A stretch of DNA of 64,000 bases, taken from an archaeon (GTDB taxonomy: Archaea; Nanobdellota; Nanobdellia; Pacearchaeales; GW2011-AR1). The notes below the pieces were generated by a model. The model was not told the origin of the DNA, ran no database searches, and saw nothing but the letters and a program-made list of their open reading frames with translations. The position numbers and the translations under genes were made by a program. Shown piece after piece: positions 28,886 through 39,072 of this stretch. The DNA is taken from assembly GCA_024278335.1 (NCBI GenBank), contig JAJRTJ010000001.1:94020-158019 (forward strand). Reading direction: 5' to 3'. Numbering within the stretch: the first letter of the stretch is position 1; the number at the start of each line of letters is the position of its first letter.

Positions 28886-29722
28886 TTAAACATATTCTCC
28901 TTTTTTTAATTTATTAAAAATATATTCTTTTGCCTCTTTCATTTTCTCAGGATTTTTTGATTTTTGATCAGGATGTATTCTATATTTAAATGCAATCAGA
29001 TCTAATTTTTTAAGAATAAAACCTTTTCCTATTATTTGAAATATAAAATCCATATCTTCATTATTTCTTAATTTTGAATCCATCTTTACCCCTGCTTCAA
29101 TAATTTTTCTTCTAAAAAGAGCGCTCGAAGGAGGTATGTAATTAGATTTATCAAGTATTTGGTAAGACTTCTCTATTTTTTTCAAACTCTCTTTTGCTTT
29201 TTTCAGTCTTTGAAGGGGTTCTTTTGTTGATTTAAATCCAAGGGCCTCTCTTATTATCTCCTCCCCATTTTGATTTAAAAACACAAAATTTGAAAATACC
29301 ATATCTACTTTGGGATTTTTTTCCAAAAAATTAAACTGTTTTTCTAATCTTCCAGGATACATTAAATCATCTGCATCAAAAATGCAAATATACTTTCCTC
29401 TTGAAATTTCCAAACCCCTATTTACTGCTCCTGCTTTGCCGATATTTTCTTTATTTTGAAGAATAGTAATTCTTGAATCTCCCTTTTTCAGCTTCTTTAA
29501 TATTTCATAACCTCCATCTGTTGATTTATCATCTATAATTATTAACTCGATATTTAATGAAGAATTGGTTAAAATAGAATTAATTGTCTTCTCCAAATAC
29601 CTCTCTCCATTATATACTGAAATAATCACTGAAATATCTGGGCGAATTTGTTTTATGGCCCCTATGTGTTTAAAAGAATTATTTTCATCATTAGAGCCCT
29701 CTTCTTCGTCCTTTTTTGACAT
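28886..29722 (-). CDS. Glycosyltransferase family 2 (paralog of the GT2 part of 26392-27624)
   Basis: SVIISVYNG, IIDDKSTD, FDADD, EDMDF, YRIHPDQ. Confidence 0.9.
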   Translation of the reverse strand: MSKKDEEEGSNDENNSFKHIGAIKQIRPDISVIISVYNGERYLEKTINSILTNSSLNIELIIIDDKSTDGGYEILKKLKKGDSRITILQNKENIGKAGAVNRGLEISRGKYICIFDADDLMYPGRLEKQFNFLEKNPKVDMVFSNFVFLNQNGEEIIREALGFKSTKEPLQRLKKAKESLKKIEKSYQILDKSNYIPPSSALFRRKIIEAGVKMDSKLRNNEDMDFIFQIIGKGFILKKLDLIAFKYRIHPDQKSKNPEKMKEAKEYIFNKLKKGEYV

Positions 29723-29842
29723 ATTTAGAGAACCTGTCTTTCACTTAAAAAGCTTACTATCTCATGTCTTTATTAATCAGTAAGACAAAAAGTTTAAAAA
29801 CGGAAATTATGTCATAAAGCTAATTAAATGAGGTTAAAATAA

Positions 29843-30097
29843 ATGGAAGAAGAAAACCAAGAAACTCCTCAGGAAGAGTCTTCTGAAGCTCCAGCTGAAG
29901 AAGCTACAGAGGATAATTCTGAAGAATCAAGCGAAGAATCTTCAGAAGAATCAAGCGAAGAAGAATCTACTGAAGAGTCAAATGAAGAAGCACCAAGTGA
30001 GGGATCTTCAGAAGAATCAAGCGAAGAAGAATCTACTGAAGAAGAATCTACTGAAGAAGAATCATCTGGTGAAGAATCTGCTGAAAACGCAGAGTAA
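29843..30097 (+). CDS. Extremely acidic low-complexity protein (E/S/A/T repeats)
   Basis: 84 aa with no Lys/Arg. Tandem EESSEE/EESTEE units. SD-like GAGGT upstream. Confidence 0.7.
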   Translation: MEEENQETPQEESSEAPAEEATEDNSEESSEESSEESSEEESTEESNEEAPSEGSSEESSEEESTEEESTEEESSGEESAENAE

Positions 30098-30161
30098 AAT
30101 TTCTTTTTATAATATTTATTTTTTTAATAAGTTTTAAATAACAATTCCCCTTGTCCTTTTC

Positions 30162-31064
30162 ATGGGATTTAAAGGGGTCTTAATTTTTTTATCTGCATTA
30201 TTTATAATCCAATTATTATTTTTCTATTGGGTTGTTCCTTTAAGAGAATTAGACTTTTCCTCTGAACCTAAAAATTTTAGTTTTAATATAGGAAAAAATG
30301 ATTCTTTGCAATTTTATCCAAATATGCGTTTCGCAGACAGAAATATTGGTTATTCAATTTCAAAAAAATGCACCTTGCAAAAACAGCAGGAGATGAAAGA
30401 GGCTTTTGATATTTTAGAACAAAAAACTTTGCTGAATTTTTACAGTTCTCCAAATCCTCAAATTGAAATCAGCTGTGGAAGCAGGCAAAAAATTGAAAAT
30501 GGAATGTTTATTGCAGGAGAAGGAGGGCCAAAAAATATAACTTTTGTCGGAAAATATTCCTTAATTCTTGAAGGAGAGATTTCTTTGATTCGTGCTTCAA
30601 ATTGTCCAACTCCGAATATAGCTCTCCACGAATTACTGCATGTTCTTGGATTTAAACATTCCAACAACCCAAATAATATTATGTATAATTACAGCAACTG
30701 CAAGCAAGAAATTGGAAAAGAGATTATTAATTTACTTAACTCTCTTTACAAAGAAGGGGGCTTGCCGGACCTTGTCTTCAAAAGTGCGTTGGCAAAAGTG
30801 CACGGAAGATTTCTTGATGTTAATTTTTCTATAAGTAATTTTGGATTAATTGATGCTCCTGCTTCAGAAATAGAAATTAATATAAAAAATTCAACTATTA
30901 AGAAAATTAATATCAAACCATTAAAAACAGGGTATGGGCTTGTTGTTTCAATGGCAAATATAAAAGTTCCAAGAGGAGAAATTCAGGAAATTGAAATGAA
31001 TATTAAAACAAATTTTAAAGAAATAAATAAAAAAAATAATAAAATAAAATTAAAAATAAATTAA
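30162..31064 (+). CDS. Matrixin-like (metzincin) metalloprotease with C-terminal CARDB/Ig-like domain
   Basis: HELLHVLGFKH zinc motif, NIMY Met-turn, LPDL..., N-terminal TM helix. Confidence 0.88.
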   Translation: MGFKGVLIFLSALFIIQLLFFYWVVPLRELDFSSEPKNFSFNIGKNDSLQFYPNMRFADRNIGYSISKKCTLQKQQEMKEAFDILEQKTLLNFYSSPNPQIEISCGSRQKIENGMFIAGEGGPKNITFVGKYSLILEGEISLIRASNCPTPNIALHELLHVLGFKHSNNPNNIMYNYSNCKQEIGKEIINLLNSLYKEGGLPDLVFKSALAKVHGRFLDVNFSISNFGLIDAPASEIEINIKNSTIKKINIKPLKTGYGLVVSMANIKVPRGEIQEIEMNIKTNFKEINKKNNKIKLKIN

Positions 31065-31156
31065 TCCAAATCTAACTCATCTACTGTCTCATCAAAGCTG
31101 TCATCAGAAATAGCAGAAGGATCAACTTCTTCAACAATAGGTATGTTTTCCTCCAT
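31061..31156 (-). CDS. Short acidic peptide (31 aa)
   Basis: MEENIPIVEEVDPSAISDDSFDETVDELDLD*, with SD-like GAGGT upstream. Confidence 0.45.
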   Translation of the reverse strand: MEENIPIVEEVDPSAISDDSFDETVDELDLD

Positions 31157-31287
31157 GTTAACCTCGTTTTTTTCTATTTTTGTTTTGTAAAAAAGGGTTT
31201 ATAAGTATTTCGCAAATTAAACATATTCTTCAAATCCTCGACGAGCCGATTCTTTCCTCTTTTACTATTTAAAAGGGATGATTAATC

Positions 31288-31785
31288 TCAATTTTTTGTA
31301 TCTTTAAGAGAAGCTTCTTCCCACCCTGGTTGAATTTTTTTTAATATTTTTATCAATCCTGGAGAAAATTTATTCTTCCAAGTATCAACTATTTCATCAA
31401 TTAATTTTCCTTCACTTGATTTATCATGTGATACTGCAATTAGAGAATTTTTCCTCACTAAGTTCATTGCAATTGAAATCATTTTTGAAACTTCTTTTTT
31501 ACCTTCATCAGAAAGTTTTTTGCATTCTGTCAATGAAATAAGGTCCTGAGGGTTTGGTATTAAAAAATTGTGCAGTGTTCCAATCCAAGAAGTATAAATA
31601 TCAAGCATTCTTCCGCACAACTGCCTTGCAAAAAACTTTTCACTCACAAAACCCTCTTTAATAATATTTTCTGTGAGATAAAAATTCTTTTCTATTTCTT
31701 CAAATGTTGCCTTAAATTTAAGTTCCTTTTTTGTCTTTTCAAACGCTTCTTTAACTTCCTTTCCTAATTTCTCTGAATCTCCCAT
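31288..31785 (-). CDS. Hypothetical protein
   Basis: 165-aa helical ORF with a TATA-like box upstream. Confidence 0.65.
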   Translation of the reverse strand: MGDSEKLGKEVKEAFEKTKKELKFKATFEEIEKNFYLTENIIKEGFVSEKFFARQLCGRMLDIYTSWIGTLHNFLIPNPQDLISLTECKKLSDEGKKEVSKMISIAMNLVRKNSLIAVSHDKSSEGKLIDEIVDTWKNKFSPGLIKILKKIQPGWEEASLKDTKN

Positions 31786-31895
31786 GTATTGTTTAGGAAA
31801 TAAAGAGTATTTAAGAGTTTCTTAAACCCCAAAAGTGCCAGACCAATACTCTTATAAACCCTCATTTTCCTTTATTTATATCATATACAGGTAAA

Positions 31896-31944
31896 AGTCC
31901 TTGGGCATGTGTCGTAAAGGACTGTGTTCAAGATTGATTCTTGA
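31896..31944 (+). promoter_or_regulatory. Two-hairpin 5' leader of the DEAD-box helicase gene
   Basis: AGTCCTT(31896)/AAGGACT(31917) and TCAAGA(31928)/TCTTGA(31939) stems lie directly before the ATG at 31962. Confidence 0.4.
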
Positions 31945-31961
31945 TAACAGATATATTGCAA

Positions 31962-33296
31962 ATGAAAACATTTAAAGAACTCGGACTAAGTTGTGAATTT
32001 GTTTCTGTGCTTGAAAAAGCAGGAATTACAACTCCGTCAGAAATTCAGGAAAAGGCAATTCCTTCAGTATTGGCTGGAAAAGACGTAATAGGAGGTTCTG
32101 CAACCGGTTCGGGAAAAACCCTTGCATTTGCTTCAAGCATTATAGAAAACATAGAGAAAAATAAGCAGATTCAGGCATTAATTTTAACTCCAACAAGAGA
32201 GCTTGCAGAACAAGTTGCAAATGCTATCATAAAATTATCTCCACACAAAAGATTAAATGTTCTGCCAATTTATGGAGGAGTTAGCATTAGCAATCAAATT
32301 AGACTTTTAAAAAACTCAGATGTTGTAGTTGGAACCCCTGGAAGAATCTTAGACCACTTAAATAGGAGAACTCTAAATTTAAAGGGAATTAAATTTCTTG
32401 TTTTAGATGAAGTAGACAGGATGTTTGATATGGGTTTTCAAATTGATGTTGAAAAAATTTTAAAAGAGTGTCCAAAAGAAAGGCAGACAATGCTTTTTTC
32501 AGCAACAATTTCTTCAGAAATAGATTATTTAGCTCAAAAATATACTAAAGAGCCAGTAGAAGTTTCTGTAGAATCCCATGTAGATGCTTCAAAACTAAAG
32601 CAAATTTATTATGATGTTCCAAATGGGTTGAAATTTTCTTTATTTGTCCACTTATTAAAACAAGAAAAAGCAAAACTAGTCATGGTATTTTGTTCTACCC
32701 GAAGAAATGTTGATTTTGTAACTAAAAATTTGAATAATCTCGGGATTAATGCAAAGGCAATTCATGGAGGATTGCACCAGAATAAAAGAAACAATGTTTT
32801 AAATGAATTTAATGGCGAGGGAGGAATAAGTGTTTTAGTATGCACTGATGTTGCTGCAAGAGGGCTGGATATTCAGAGGGTAAGCCATGTTTATAATTAT
32901 GACCTGCCGAAAACAAGTGAAGAATATATTCATAGAATCGGAAGAACTGCACGAGCAGGAAAAGACGGAATTGCAATTAACATTTTAGCAAGCAGAGATT
33001 ATGAAAATTTTAGTAATATTCAAAAAGATGAAAAATTAAAAATTGAGGCAGTTAAGCTTCCGCGAGTGAAGAGAGTTAGGATTATCATAGATTCTCCTCG
33101 CTCACGCAAGGGTTTCGGTCCTCGTAGGAATTTTAAAGGAAGAAAAAATTCTAATGGAAGTTGGAGGCATAAAGTCCAGGATTTTAAAAAAGGACCTATG
33201 CGTGATAGAAAAATCAGAAAGCATAGACAAAATAATCAAAATAGAGATTCAAGAAAAAGTGGCTCTAAAAATCAGGGAAAAAGTGGGCGATATTAA
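31962..33296 (+). CDS. DEAD-box RNA helicase (DeaD/CshA-like; motif II = DEVD)
   Basis: ATGSGKT, PTRELA, TPGR, DEVD, SAT, TDVAARGLD, HRIGRTAR, basic tail. Confidence 0.95.
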   Translation: MKTFKELGLSCEFVSVLEKAGITTPSEIQEKAIPSVLAGKDVIGGSATGSGKTLAFASSIIENIEKNKQIQALILTPTRELAEQVANAIIKLSPHKRLNVLPIYGGVSISNQIRLLKNSDVVVGTPGRILDHLNRRTLNLKGIKFLVLDEVDRMFDMGFQIDVEKILKECPKERQTMLFSATISSEIDYLAQKYTKEPVEVSVESHVDASKLKQIYYDVPNGLKFSLFVHLLKQEKAKLVMVFCSTRRNVDFVTKNLNNLGINAKAIHGGLHQNKRNNVLNEFNGEGGISVLVCTDVAARGLDIQRVSHVYNYDLPKTSEEYIHRIGRTARAGKDGIAINILASRDYENFSNIQKDEKLKIEAVKLPRVKRVRIIIDSPRSRKGFGPRRNFKGRKNSNGSWRHKVQDFKKGPMRDRKIRKHRQNNQNRDSRKSGSKNQGKSGRY

Positions 33297-33344
33297 AAAC
33301 AATAATAAAAATCTTTAAAAACAGGCTCTAACTTTCTTATTTAT

Positions 33345-33496
33345 CCCTCCATAGCTCAGTGGTTTAGAGCGCCTGGCTGTAGAATAGGGCGGATATTCCA
33401 TTATGTTCATGGAAATTAAATGAAGCCTGAGAAGCCAGTCCTGTTACTGCGTATGCAGTTCCCGGGAGATCCCCAGTTCGAATCTGGGTGGAGGGA
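33345..33496 (+). tRNA. tRNA-Tyr(GTA) with a 78-nt intron at 37/38 (33383-33460)
   Basis: CCCTCCA/TGGAGGG acceptor. Anticodon stem CCTGG/CCGGG. Bulge-helix-bulge: CTGT/GCAG helix, AG|A and TT|C bulges, ATA/TAT outer helix. Confidence 0.9.
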
Positions 33497-33499
33497 TAT

Positions 33500-33518
33500 A
33501 TGGGGCATAAAGCCCCAT
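33500..33518 (+). terminator. GC hairpin after tRNA-Tyr
   Basis: ATGGGGC-ATAAA-GCCCCAT. Confidence 0.4.
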
Positions 33519-33667
33519 TAAATATTCCTTTAGATTAAATACTGGTTAAATTCAAATATTTTTTAAATCTGTGATTTTATCCCTTGTTCGACGAGTTTTT
33601 AGAGAAGTGAGAAATTAACAACTATAAATAACAGCTTCTCTGAAAAGGAGCGGGGGGGGATATTCTC

Positions 33668-35044
33668 TCATTCAGCTTTTTCATCTCTTGTTTCTGAAAT
33701 AAAAAAAGCTCTATTTGATTGAGATTCTTGAATCTCTCCATCTCTCTCATAAATTGCAATTGCAGAAGGAAGAGCAAATTTTCCTAAAACTCCTACCTTT
33801 GAATAAATTATATAACTCAACACCCTTGTTTCCCCATTTTCAAGCTTTTGAAAATTCCACCTTATTGTCCTTGTTTTTTCATTAATCTTTGAGGGAATTT
33901 GTGTCCCAAATTTTTCATAAACCTGAACCATTGCAGGAAACCGGTCTGTAACGCCAATATTCTCTAAATATTTTCTTGCCTTTAAATAAATAGAAATCCT
34001 TAAAGCAAATTCCCCGCCTTTTGTCCTGACATACGAAACCTTTTTCTTCATTATTAAATCAGTTTCCTTGTATTTTTTTGCAAGAACAATAATTGCTACA
34101 ATCAGAATCAAAATAAAAAATGGAAGAAACCAGTTTGTTTTAGCAGTTATTTTTTTTGTTTCTCCTGGATTTAATTTTAAATTCCAGACATAAGTTGTTT
34201 TCCATCCATTTCTGGTGACTGAATCTGGCTCTTGGCTAAAAGAAGTAAATAATCTTGAAATAATATTTTTCTCAATTCTAACTTGAGAGGTTTTTGGAAC
34301 ATTTCCTTTGTTTGTTTTTTCAATAATTGTGCTTATCACAAAAAATCCAGATTTGATTTCATCTGTTGTCAATCCCTCTTTTGCAGAAAACTCTATTATT
34401 CCCTGAATATCTGCTTTCTTGCCTTGCACTTCTACAAATCCTTGGATAGTGTAAAACCCTGCACTTAAAAATTTAGATTTTTCTCTGTCTAAATCAATTG
34501 TAAGATTCTTTTTTTCAAAAGAACTTAAAGAAAATTCTTTTTTAAAATTAAAAAAACTTGAAGATAATTCTAATGTAAGGTTTTCAAATTCTATATTTTC
34601 CTTGTTTTGAAACTGAATATGAATTTGGTCAGAAATTGGGTAAATTGGCTCTGCGTCTAAAGAAAAAGCATCTCTTAAAGACACAAATCTTATGTAAGCA
34701 GTTTCAATTACTTCTGAATCATCTGAGGCCCTTATTCTAAATTCCAAAGGATAAGTATTTTTTACTTCAACATCCTCCCGAGGGTAAATTATCAAGGAAA
34801 TCTCTTTTGTCTCATTTGCTTTTACTTTAATTGACTTTGAGGGATACATTTCAAATCCCAACAAATTATAAAACCTGAATTCATCTGTTTTACCATAATT
34901 TGTAATTATTAATTCATAAGTTGCTGGAGTAGGCAATTCCTTAATCATAACTGGCCGAGTGCTTACTTTTTCAACTTTAATATTAATTGCCAATACTGCC
35001 GGAATTAAGCACAATATTAATGCAAATAAGAGGATTTTTTTCAT
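33668..35044 (-). CDS. Exported membrane-anchored multi-Ig-like-domain protein
   Basis: Signal peptide MKKILLFALILCLIPAVLA, a TM helix near residue 310 and a cytoplasmic beta domain. Confidence 0.7.
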   Translation of the reverse strand: MKKILLFALILCLIPAVLAINIKVEKVSTRPVMIKELPTPATYELIITNYGKTDEFRFYNLLGFEMYPSKSIKVKANETKEISLIIYPREDVEVKNTYPLEFRIRASDDSEVIETAYIRFVSLRDAFSLDAEPIYPISDQIHIQFQNKENIEFENLTLELSSSFFNFKKEFSLSSFEKKNLTIDLDREKSKFLSAGFYTIQGFVEVQGKKADIQGIIEFSAKEGLTTDEIKSGFFVISTIIEKTNKGNVPKTSQVRIEKNIISRLFTSFSQEPDSVTRNGWKTTYVWNLKLNPGETKKITAKTNWFLPFFILILIVAIIVLAKKYKETDLIMKKKVSYVRTKGGEFALRISIYLKARKYLENIGVTDRFPAMVQVYEKFGTQIPSKINEKTRTIRWNFQKLENGETRVLSYIIYSKVGVLGKFALPSAIAIYERDGEIQESQSNRAFFISETRDEKAE

Positions 35045-35138
35045 AAAAGAATTATCTCTAATTTCTATTTAAGGATTTCGGTGATTTATTGTAATTAGAA
35101 AAGAAAAAGAGAGGAATTCGGCTAATAAAAGACCAGTT

Positions 35139-35369
35139 TTAATGAGTTAATGATTTTTCTAATTCTTCTGGTTCAGACTTTCTAGTTTGGACTGGAATTA
35201 ACTCTCCTGTAATTGGATCTGGCTCACACCTAGCTGTTTTAACTCCCTTTGGAAGAAAATACATTTTATGTGCTTGTTCAGATGTTGTATCAGGGTCATA
35301 GGCTCCAGCATTACCATAGAGATCCCTTCTAAATCTTTCACATTGAGGTTCAAAATCTACATTATACAT
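35139..35369 (-). CDS. Small hypothetical protein
   Basis: 76 aa. ATG immediately follows the upstream stop. Confidence 0.5.
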   Translation of the reverse strand: MYNVDFEPQCERFRRDLYGNAGAYDPDTTSEQAHKMYFLPKGVKTARCEPDPITGELIPVQTRKSEPEELEKSLTH

Positions 35370-35876
35370 TTATTTTCTTCCCTCTAAATCTAAAAATGCT
35401 TTGGCTTGTGAAATAAACTCATCGCAGTTTTCTGCTACAATATCTTCCATTTGTTCAACTCTGCTTGGAATTACCCATTTTTCATAAATTGAACGCAAAA
35501 ATTTAAGTCTTGGACCAGATTCAAACTTTCCTTCATAGTCTCTTATAAGTGTTCCTTTAACAGTCATCTTAAGCAACCCATTGTTCATTGTTTTTTTAAC
35601 CCCGCCTTGTTCAACCTCAACTTTTTTCATACCTAAAATTTTAAATGTAACCTTCATACCAAATTTAAAATAATCTGAAAGCTTGATTGAACCTTCCCAA
35701 AGAATATCCAAATCTTTTGCATCTCCACTTATTTTTTCATTATATTCTTTTTCAGCAAGATTACTCATCCCAATTTGCTCGGTTATCCAATCATAGCAAA
35801 ATTGATAAAAGTCTTTAAAATCAAAATTTCCTACATGTTTGATTGAACTTGAAAATATCTGTTCTTTTTCTGCCAT
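35370..35876 (-). CDS. Hypothetical protein
   Basis: 168-aa ORF with a TATA-like box upstream. Confidence 0.65.
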   Translation of the reverse strand: MAEKEQIFSSSIKHVGNFDFKDFYQFCYDWITEQIGMSNLAEKEYNEKISGDAKDLDILWEGSIKLSDYFKFGMKVTFKILGMKKVEVEQGGVKKTMNNGLLKMTVKGTLIRDYEGKFESGPRLKFLRSIYEKWVIPSRVEQMEDIVAENCDEFISQAKAFLDLEGRK

Positions 35877-36011
35877 TTAACTATCCTCTTCTTTATAAGA
35901 AAAACAGGTTATTTAAATATTTAACTAATAATGATTATTGGAAAATTCTAATTTATTGTGTTCTCAGATTTATCCTATATGCAGTAAATTAATAAAAGAG
36001 AACAAAGCAAA

Positions 36012-36566
36012 CTAAATCTCTTCCCTACAGTTTTCACAAAGAAGCTGGCCATTTACTCTGAATAGAATATCAAAATTACCGCACTCTTCACACATACCTT
36101 CAATCCTTGATTTGGCTTTTGCAATTCTTTTAAGCTTTTTTGTCTCTTCCCTGATTTCTGCAAATTCTTTAAACTCAGGATAAAGTTCTGGATGAAAATT
36201 CAAAATATCTCTTATAGTTATCATTCCAACTAATTGGCTTTCTTTGATTACTGGAAGCCTCCCAAACTTAAGCTTTCTCATTTTTTCAAACGCTTCTCTT
36301 ACTCCGGCATTTGGTCTTATTGTTGCAATCTTTCTAGGAGAGATATCTATTGCTTTTATTTGTCCAAGACCCTCTTTAGATTTTTTAATTAATGCCCAAA
36401 GAATATCTTTTTGAGAAATTATCCCTACAAGTTTTTTATTTTTGACCAAAAGAAGACTCCCCACCCTCTTTCTAACCATTTTTCTCGCACATTCAAGCAA
36501 ATTAGTTTCAGGAGGAATTGTTATTGGCTCCCGAGTCATGATGTCTGCAACAAGCAATTGTTCCAT
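36012..36566 (-). CDS. CBS-domain protein with C-terminal zinc ribbon
   Basis: VADIMTREP, two CBS repeats, GMCEECG...LLCENC. Confidence 0.88.
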   Translation of the reverse strand: MEQLLVADIMTREPITIPPETNLLECARKMVRKRVGSLLLVKNKKLVGIISQKDILWALIKKSKEGLGQIKAIDISPRKIATIRPNAGVREAFEKMRKLKFGRLPVIKESQLVGMITIRDILNFHPELYPEFKEFAEIREETKKLKRIAKAKSRIEGMCEECGNFDILFRVNGQLLCENCREEI

Positions 36567-36665
36567 TATTTTTTATAAACACCCAAACTTATAAGGATTA
36601 TCATAATCAGGTTATATTGCCTTTAATGTAATAATCTTTAAAAGATAATCTTCAAAAGTATAAGT

Positions 36666-38276
36666 ATGACAAATGACAAGCCAGTAGTTCTTATGCCTGA
36701 AGATATACAAAGAATAATGGGAAAAGATGCGCAAAGAAACAATATTCTTGCTGCACGCATGGTTGCAGAAGTTGTAAAAACCACTCTTGGTCCAAAAGGA
36801 ATGGATAAAATGCTTGTTTCTCCAACAGGGGAAATTGTTGTTACAAATGACGGAGTGACTATTTTACAGGAAATGCAGATTGAACATCCTGCTGCAAAAA
36901 TGATGGTTGAAGTAGCAAAGACACAAGAATCAGAAGTAGGAGACGGAACAACAACAGCAGTTATGATTGCAGGCAAGCTTTTGGAAAATGCAGAAAAACT
37001 TTTAGATAATAAAATCCACCCAACAATTATAACAAAAGGATATCAGCTTGCAGCGGAAAAAGCCCAGAAGATTTTGCAAGAAATTTCAATGCAGATTACT
37101 CCTGAAAATGAAGATATTCTTAGGCAGATTGCAATGACTTCTATGACTGGCAAGGGGGCAGAAGGTTCAAAAGAGAAATTTTCTAAGATTATTGTCAAGG
37201 CAGTTAAGCAGATTGAAGAAGGGGGCAGATATGATTTAGATAATATTAAGATTGAGAAAGCTCAAGGAGAAGGGGTGCATGATACTGAATTGATTTCAGG
37301 AATTGTTTTAGACAAAGAAAAAGTTTCTCAAGACATGCCAAAAAAATTAGGAGATGCGAGAATTGCCTTAATTGATTTTCCCTTAGAGCTGAAAAATCCA
37401 GAAATTGACACTAAAATTTCTATTTCAAGCCCAGAGCAGTTGCAGAATTTTTTAAATCAAGAAGAAGAGGCAATTAAAGAAATGGTTGAAAAAATCCAAA
37501 AATCAATGGCAAATGTTGTTTTTTGCCAAAAAGGAATTGATGACTTTGCCCAGTTCTTGCTTGCAAAAGCAGGAATATATGCATGCAGGAGAGTTGCTAA
37601 ATCAGACTTGGAAAAAATTGCAAAGGCAACAGGAGGAAAAATTGTCAGTAATTTAACTGAACTTAACCCAGAAGTTCTTGGAAAAGCAGAAGTTGTTGAA
37701 GAAGTAAAACAAGGAGAAGATTATATGACTTATGTCAGAGGATGCCAAAATCCAAAAGCATTAAGTATCTTAATTCACGGAGGAACAGAGCATGTCATGG
37801 ATGAAATTGAAAGAGCATTAATGGATGGGCTCGGTGATGTTGTTTCGTCCTTAAAAACAGGGTTGATTGTTCCTGGAGGAGGGGCAATTGAAATAGAAAT
37901 CGCAAGAAGGCTCAGGCAGTTTGGCCAGACTCTTACTGGAAGAGAACAATTAGCAGTTGAAGAATTTGCTTCTGCTTTAGAATTTATACCTGTAACATTG
38001 GCAGAAAATGCCGGAATGGACCCTATTGATGTCTTGACAGAATTAAAATCGCGCCATGATTCAGGAGACAAAAATGCAGGACTAAATCTATTTACAAATA
38101 AAATTGAAAATGTTTTAGAAGCAAGAATCTTGGAACCATATAAAATCAAAAGCCAGGCAATCAACTCTGCTTCAGAAGTTGCAACAATGATTTTGAGAAT
38201 AGATGATGTTATTGCTTCTGAAGAATCTGGAAATCAAAATCAACCAGGTTCTTCAAACATAACTGGTTTAGAGTAA
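36666..38276 (+). CDS. ths: Thermosome (group II chaperonin) subunit
   Basis: [41 protein letters not shown]. No GGM tail. Confidence 0.96.
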   Translation: MTNDKPVVLMPEDIQRIMGKDAQRNNILAARMVAEVVKTTLGPKGMDKMLVSPTGEIVVTNDGVTILQEMQIEHPAAKMMVEVAKTQESEVGDGTTTAVMIAGKLLENAEKLLDNKIHPTIITKGYQLAAEKAQKILQEISMQITPENEDILRQIAMTSMTGKGAEGSKEKFSKIIVKAVKQIEEGGRYDLDNIKIEKAQGEGVHDTELISGIVLDKEKVSQDMPKKLGDARIALIDFPLELKNPEIDTKISISSPEQLQNFLNQEEEAIKEMVEKIQKSMANVVFCQKGIDDFAQFLLAKAGIYACRRVAKSDLEKIAKATGGKIVSNLTELNPEVLGKAEVVEEVKQGEDYMTYVRGCQNPKALSILIHGGTEHVMDEIERALMDGLGDVVSSLKTGLIVPGGGAIEIEIARRLRQFGQTLTGREQLAVEEFASALEFIPVTLAENAGMDPIDVLTELKSRHDSGDKNAGLNLFTNKIENVLEARILEPYKIKSQAINSASEVATMILRIDDVIASEESGNQNQPGSSNITGLE

Positions 38277-38579
38277 ATGAATGATAATTCCTTAAGAACC
38301 TTAGAAGAATCTTGTTGCTATCTTAGGGATAGCTTAAGAAGATATTTGCCAGAAGAAACTCTTAAAAGGTTTAATGGAGGGATTTTTGATGTTGTTGATG
38401 AAAATACCTCCCGAGAAATACTCCGAAGAGAAAGAAATTTTAAACAAAGATTTCTTCAAACAAAGGCAAGTTTTTATTCTGTTATGTTAAAATTTTTTGA
38501 AGGAGAAGAATCTGCTGGAAGATACTGGGATTTTTCGCGAGAAACCCCTTTGGAGGAGAGGGGGGAGTTTGAAAATTAA
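38277..38579 (+). CDS. Hypothetical protein
   Basis: 100 aa, directly coupled to the thermosome stop. Confidence 0.5.
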   Translation: MNDNSLRTLEESCCYLRDSLRRYLPEETLKRFNGGIFDVVDENTSREILRRERNFKQRFLQTKASFYSVMLKFFEGEESAGRYWDFSRETPLEERGEFEN

Positions 38580-38586
38580 AACACCC

Positions 38587-39072
38587 TTAACACTCAAAAA
38601 CCCACTTCTTATTAATTGGGTAAACAATAAAGGAAAGTAAAAGTGTTATTAAAGGAATTGAAAGAATATAAGTTATTTTAAAGGAAAGTAAATAAACCAA
38701 AATCCAATTAACCACATAAAAACCAGTATAAAGCCAAATAAACTTCTTTATCATTATTGACCTTTGAATATAATTAACTCTAAAGGTTATTTTCTCATGA
38801 AAACAAAAAAGAAGAAGCATTCCGAGGAGAAGAGAAAGAACATAAGCAACATTATGATTAAAGTAAAAAAGTTCTGTTAAAAGAATTGTCAAAAGCCATT
38901 CAAAAAGAAAAACAATTGTTCCCCCAATCATAAATTTTGTATAGCGGTGGCCTAAAACACATCTAACTTTTTTTCTCATTAATGCAAAAGCAAATTTTTG
39001 CTTATAAAGATTTTTGTCAAGTCTTAAAAATTTATATATCCCAATTATTCTTTTTTCATTATGTATTGGCAT
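38587..39072 (-). CDS. GtrA-like membrane protein (true start may be the internal Met near 38979)
   Basis: KFMIGG....F....L....F......F, four TM helices, INKKWVF end. Confidence 0.7.
   Translation of the reverse strand: MPIHNEKRIIGIYKFLRLDKNLYKQKFAFALMRKKVRCVLGHRYTKFMIGGTIVFLFEWLLTILLTELFYFNHNVAYVLSLLLGMLLLFCFHEKITFRVNYIQRSIMIKKFIWLYTGFYVVNWILVYLLSFKITYILSIPLITLLLSFIVYPINKKWVFEC

Noticed and set aside
29843-30097. Tandem DNA repeats (GAAGAATCAAGCGAAGAA) as a CRISPR or VNTR element
   Set aside because: The repeats are in-frame codons of an acidic protein and have no unique spacers.
33384-33465. Two-intron model for tRNA-Tyr with a 4-nt middle exon (CCAG)
   Set aside because: A single 78-nt intron gives a perfect BHB and a full anticodon stem (CCTGG/CCGGG).
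35139-35876. In-frame neighbours separated by TAA (also 3623/4181, 19938/19939, 28885/28886, 38276/38277, 49168/49169) as nonsense-split genes
   Set aside because: Each TAA is followed immediately by ATG, and where recognisable the two parts are distinct proteins, so these are ordinary coupled genes.
36638-38164. Antisense track ORFs (36638-36976, 37775-38164) and similar shadow ORFs throughout the window
   Set aside because: They lie opposite strongly conserved genes and have the F/S/L-rich composition typical of antisense frames.
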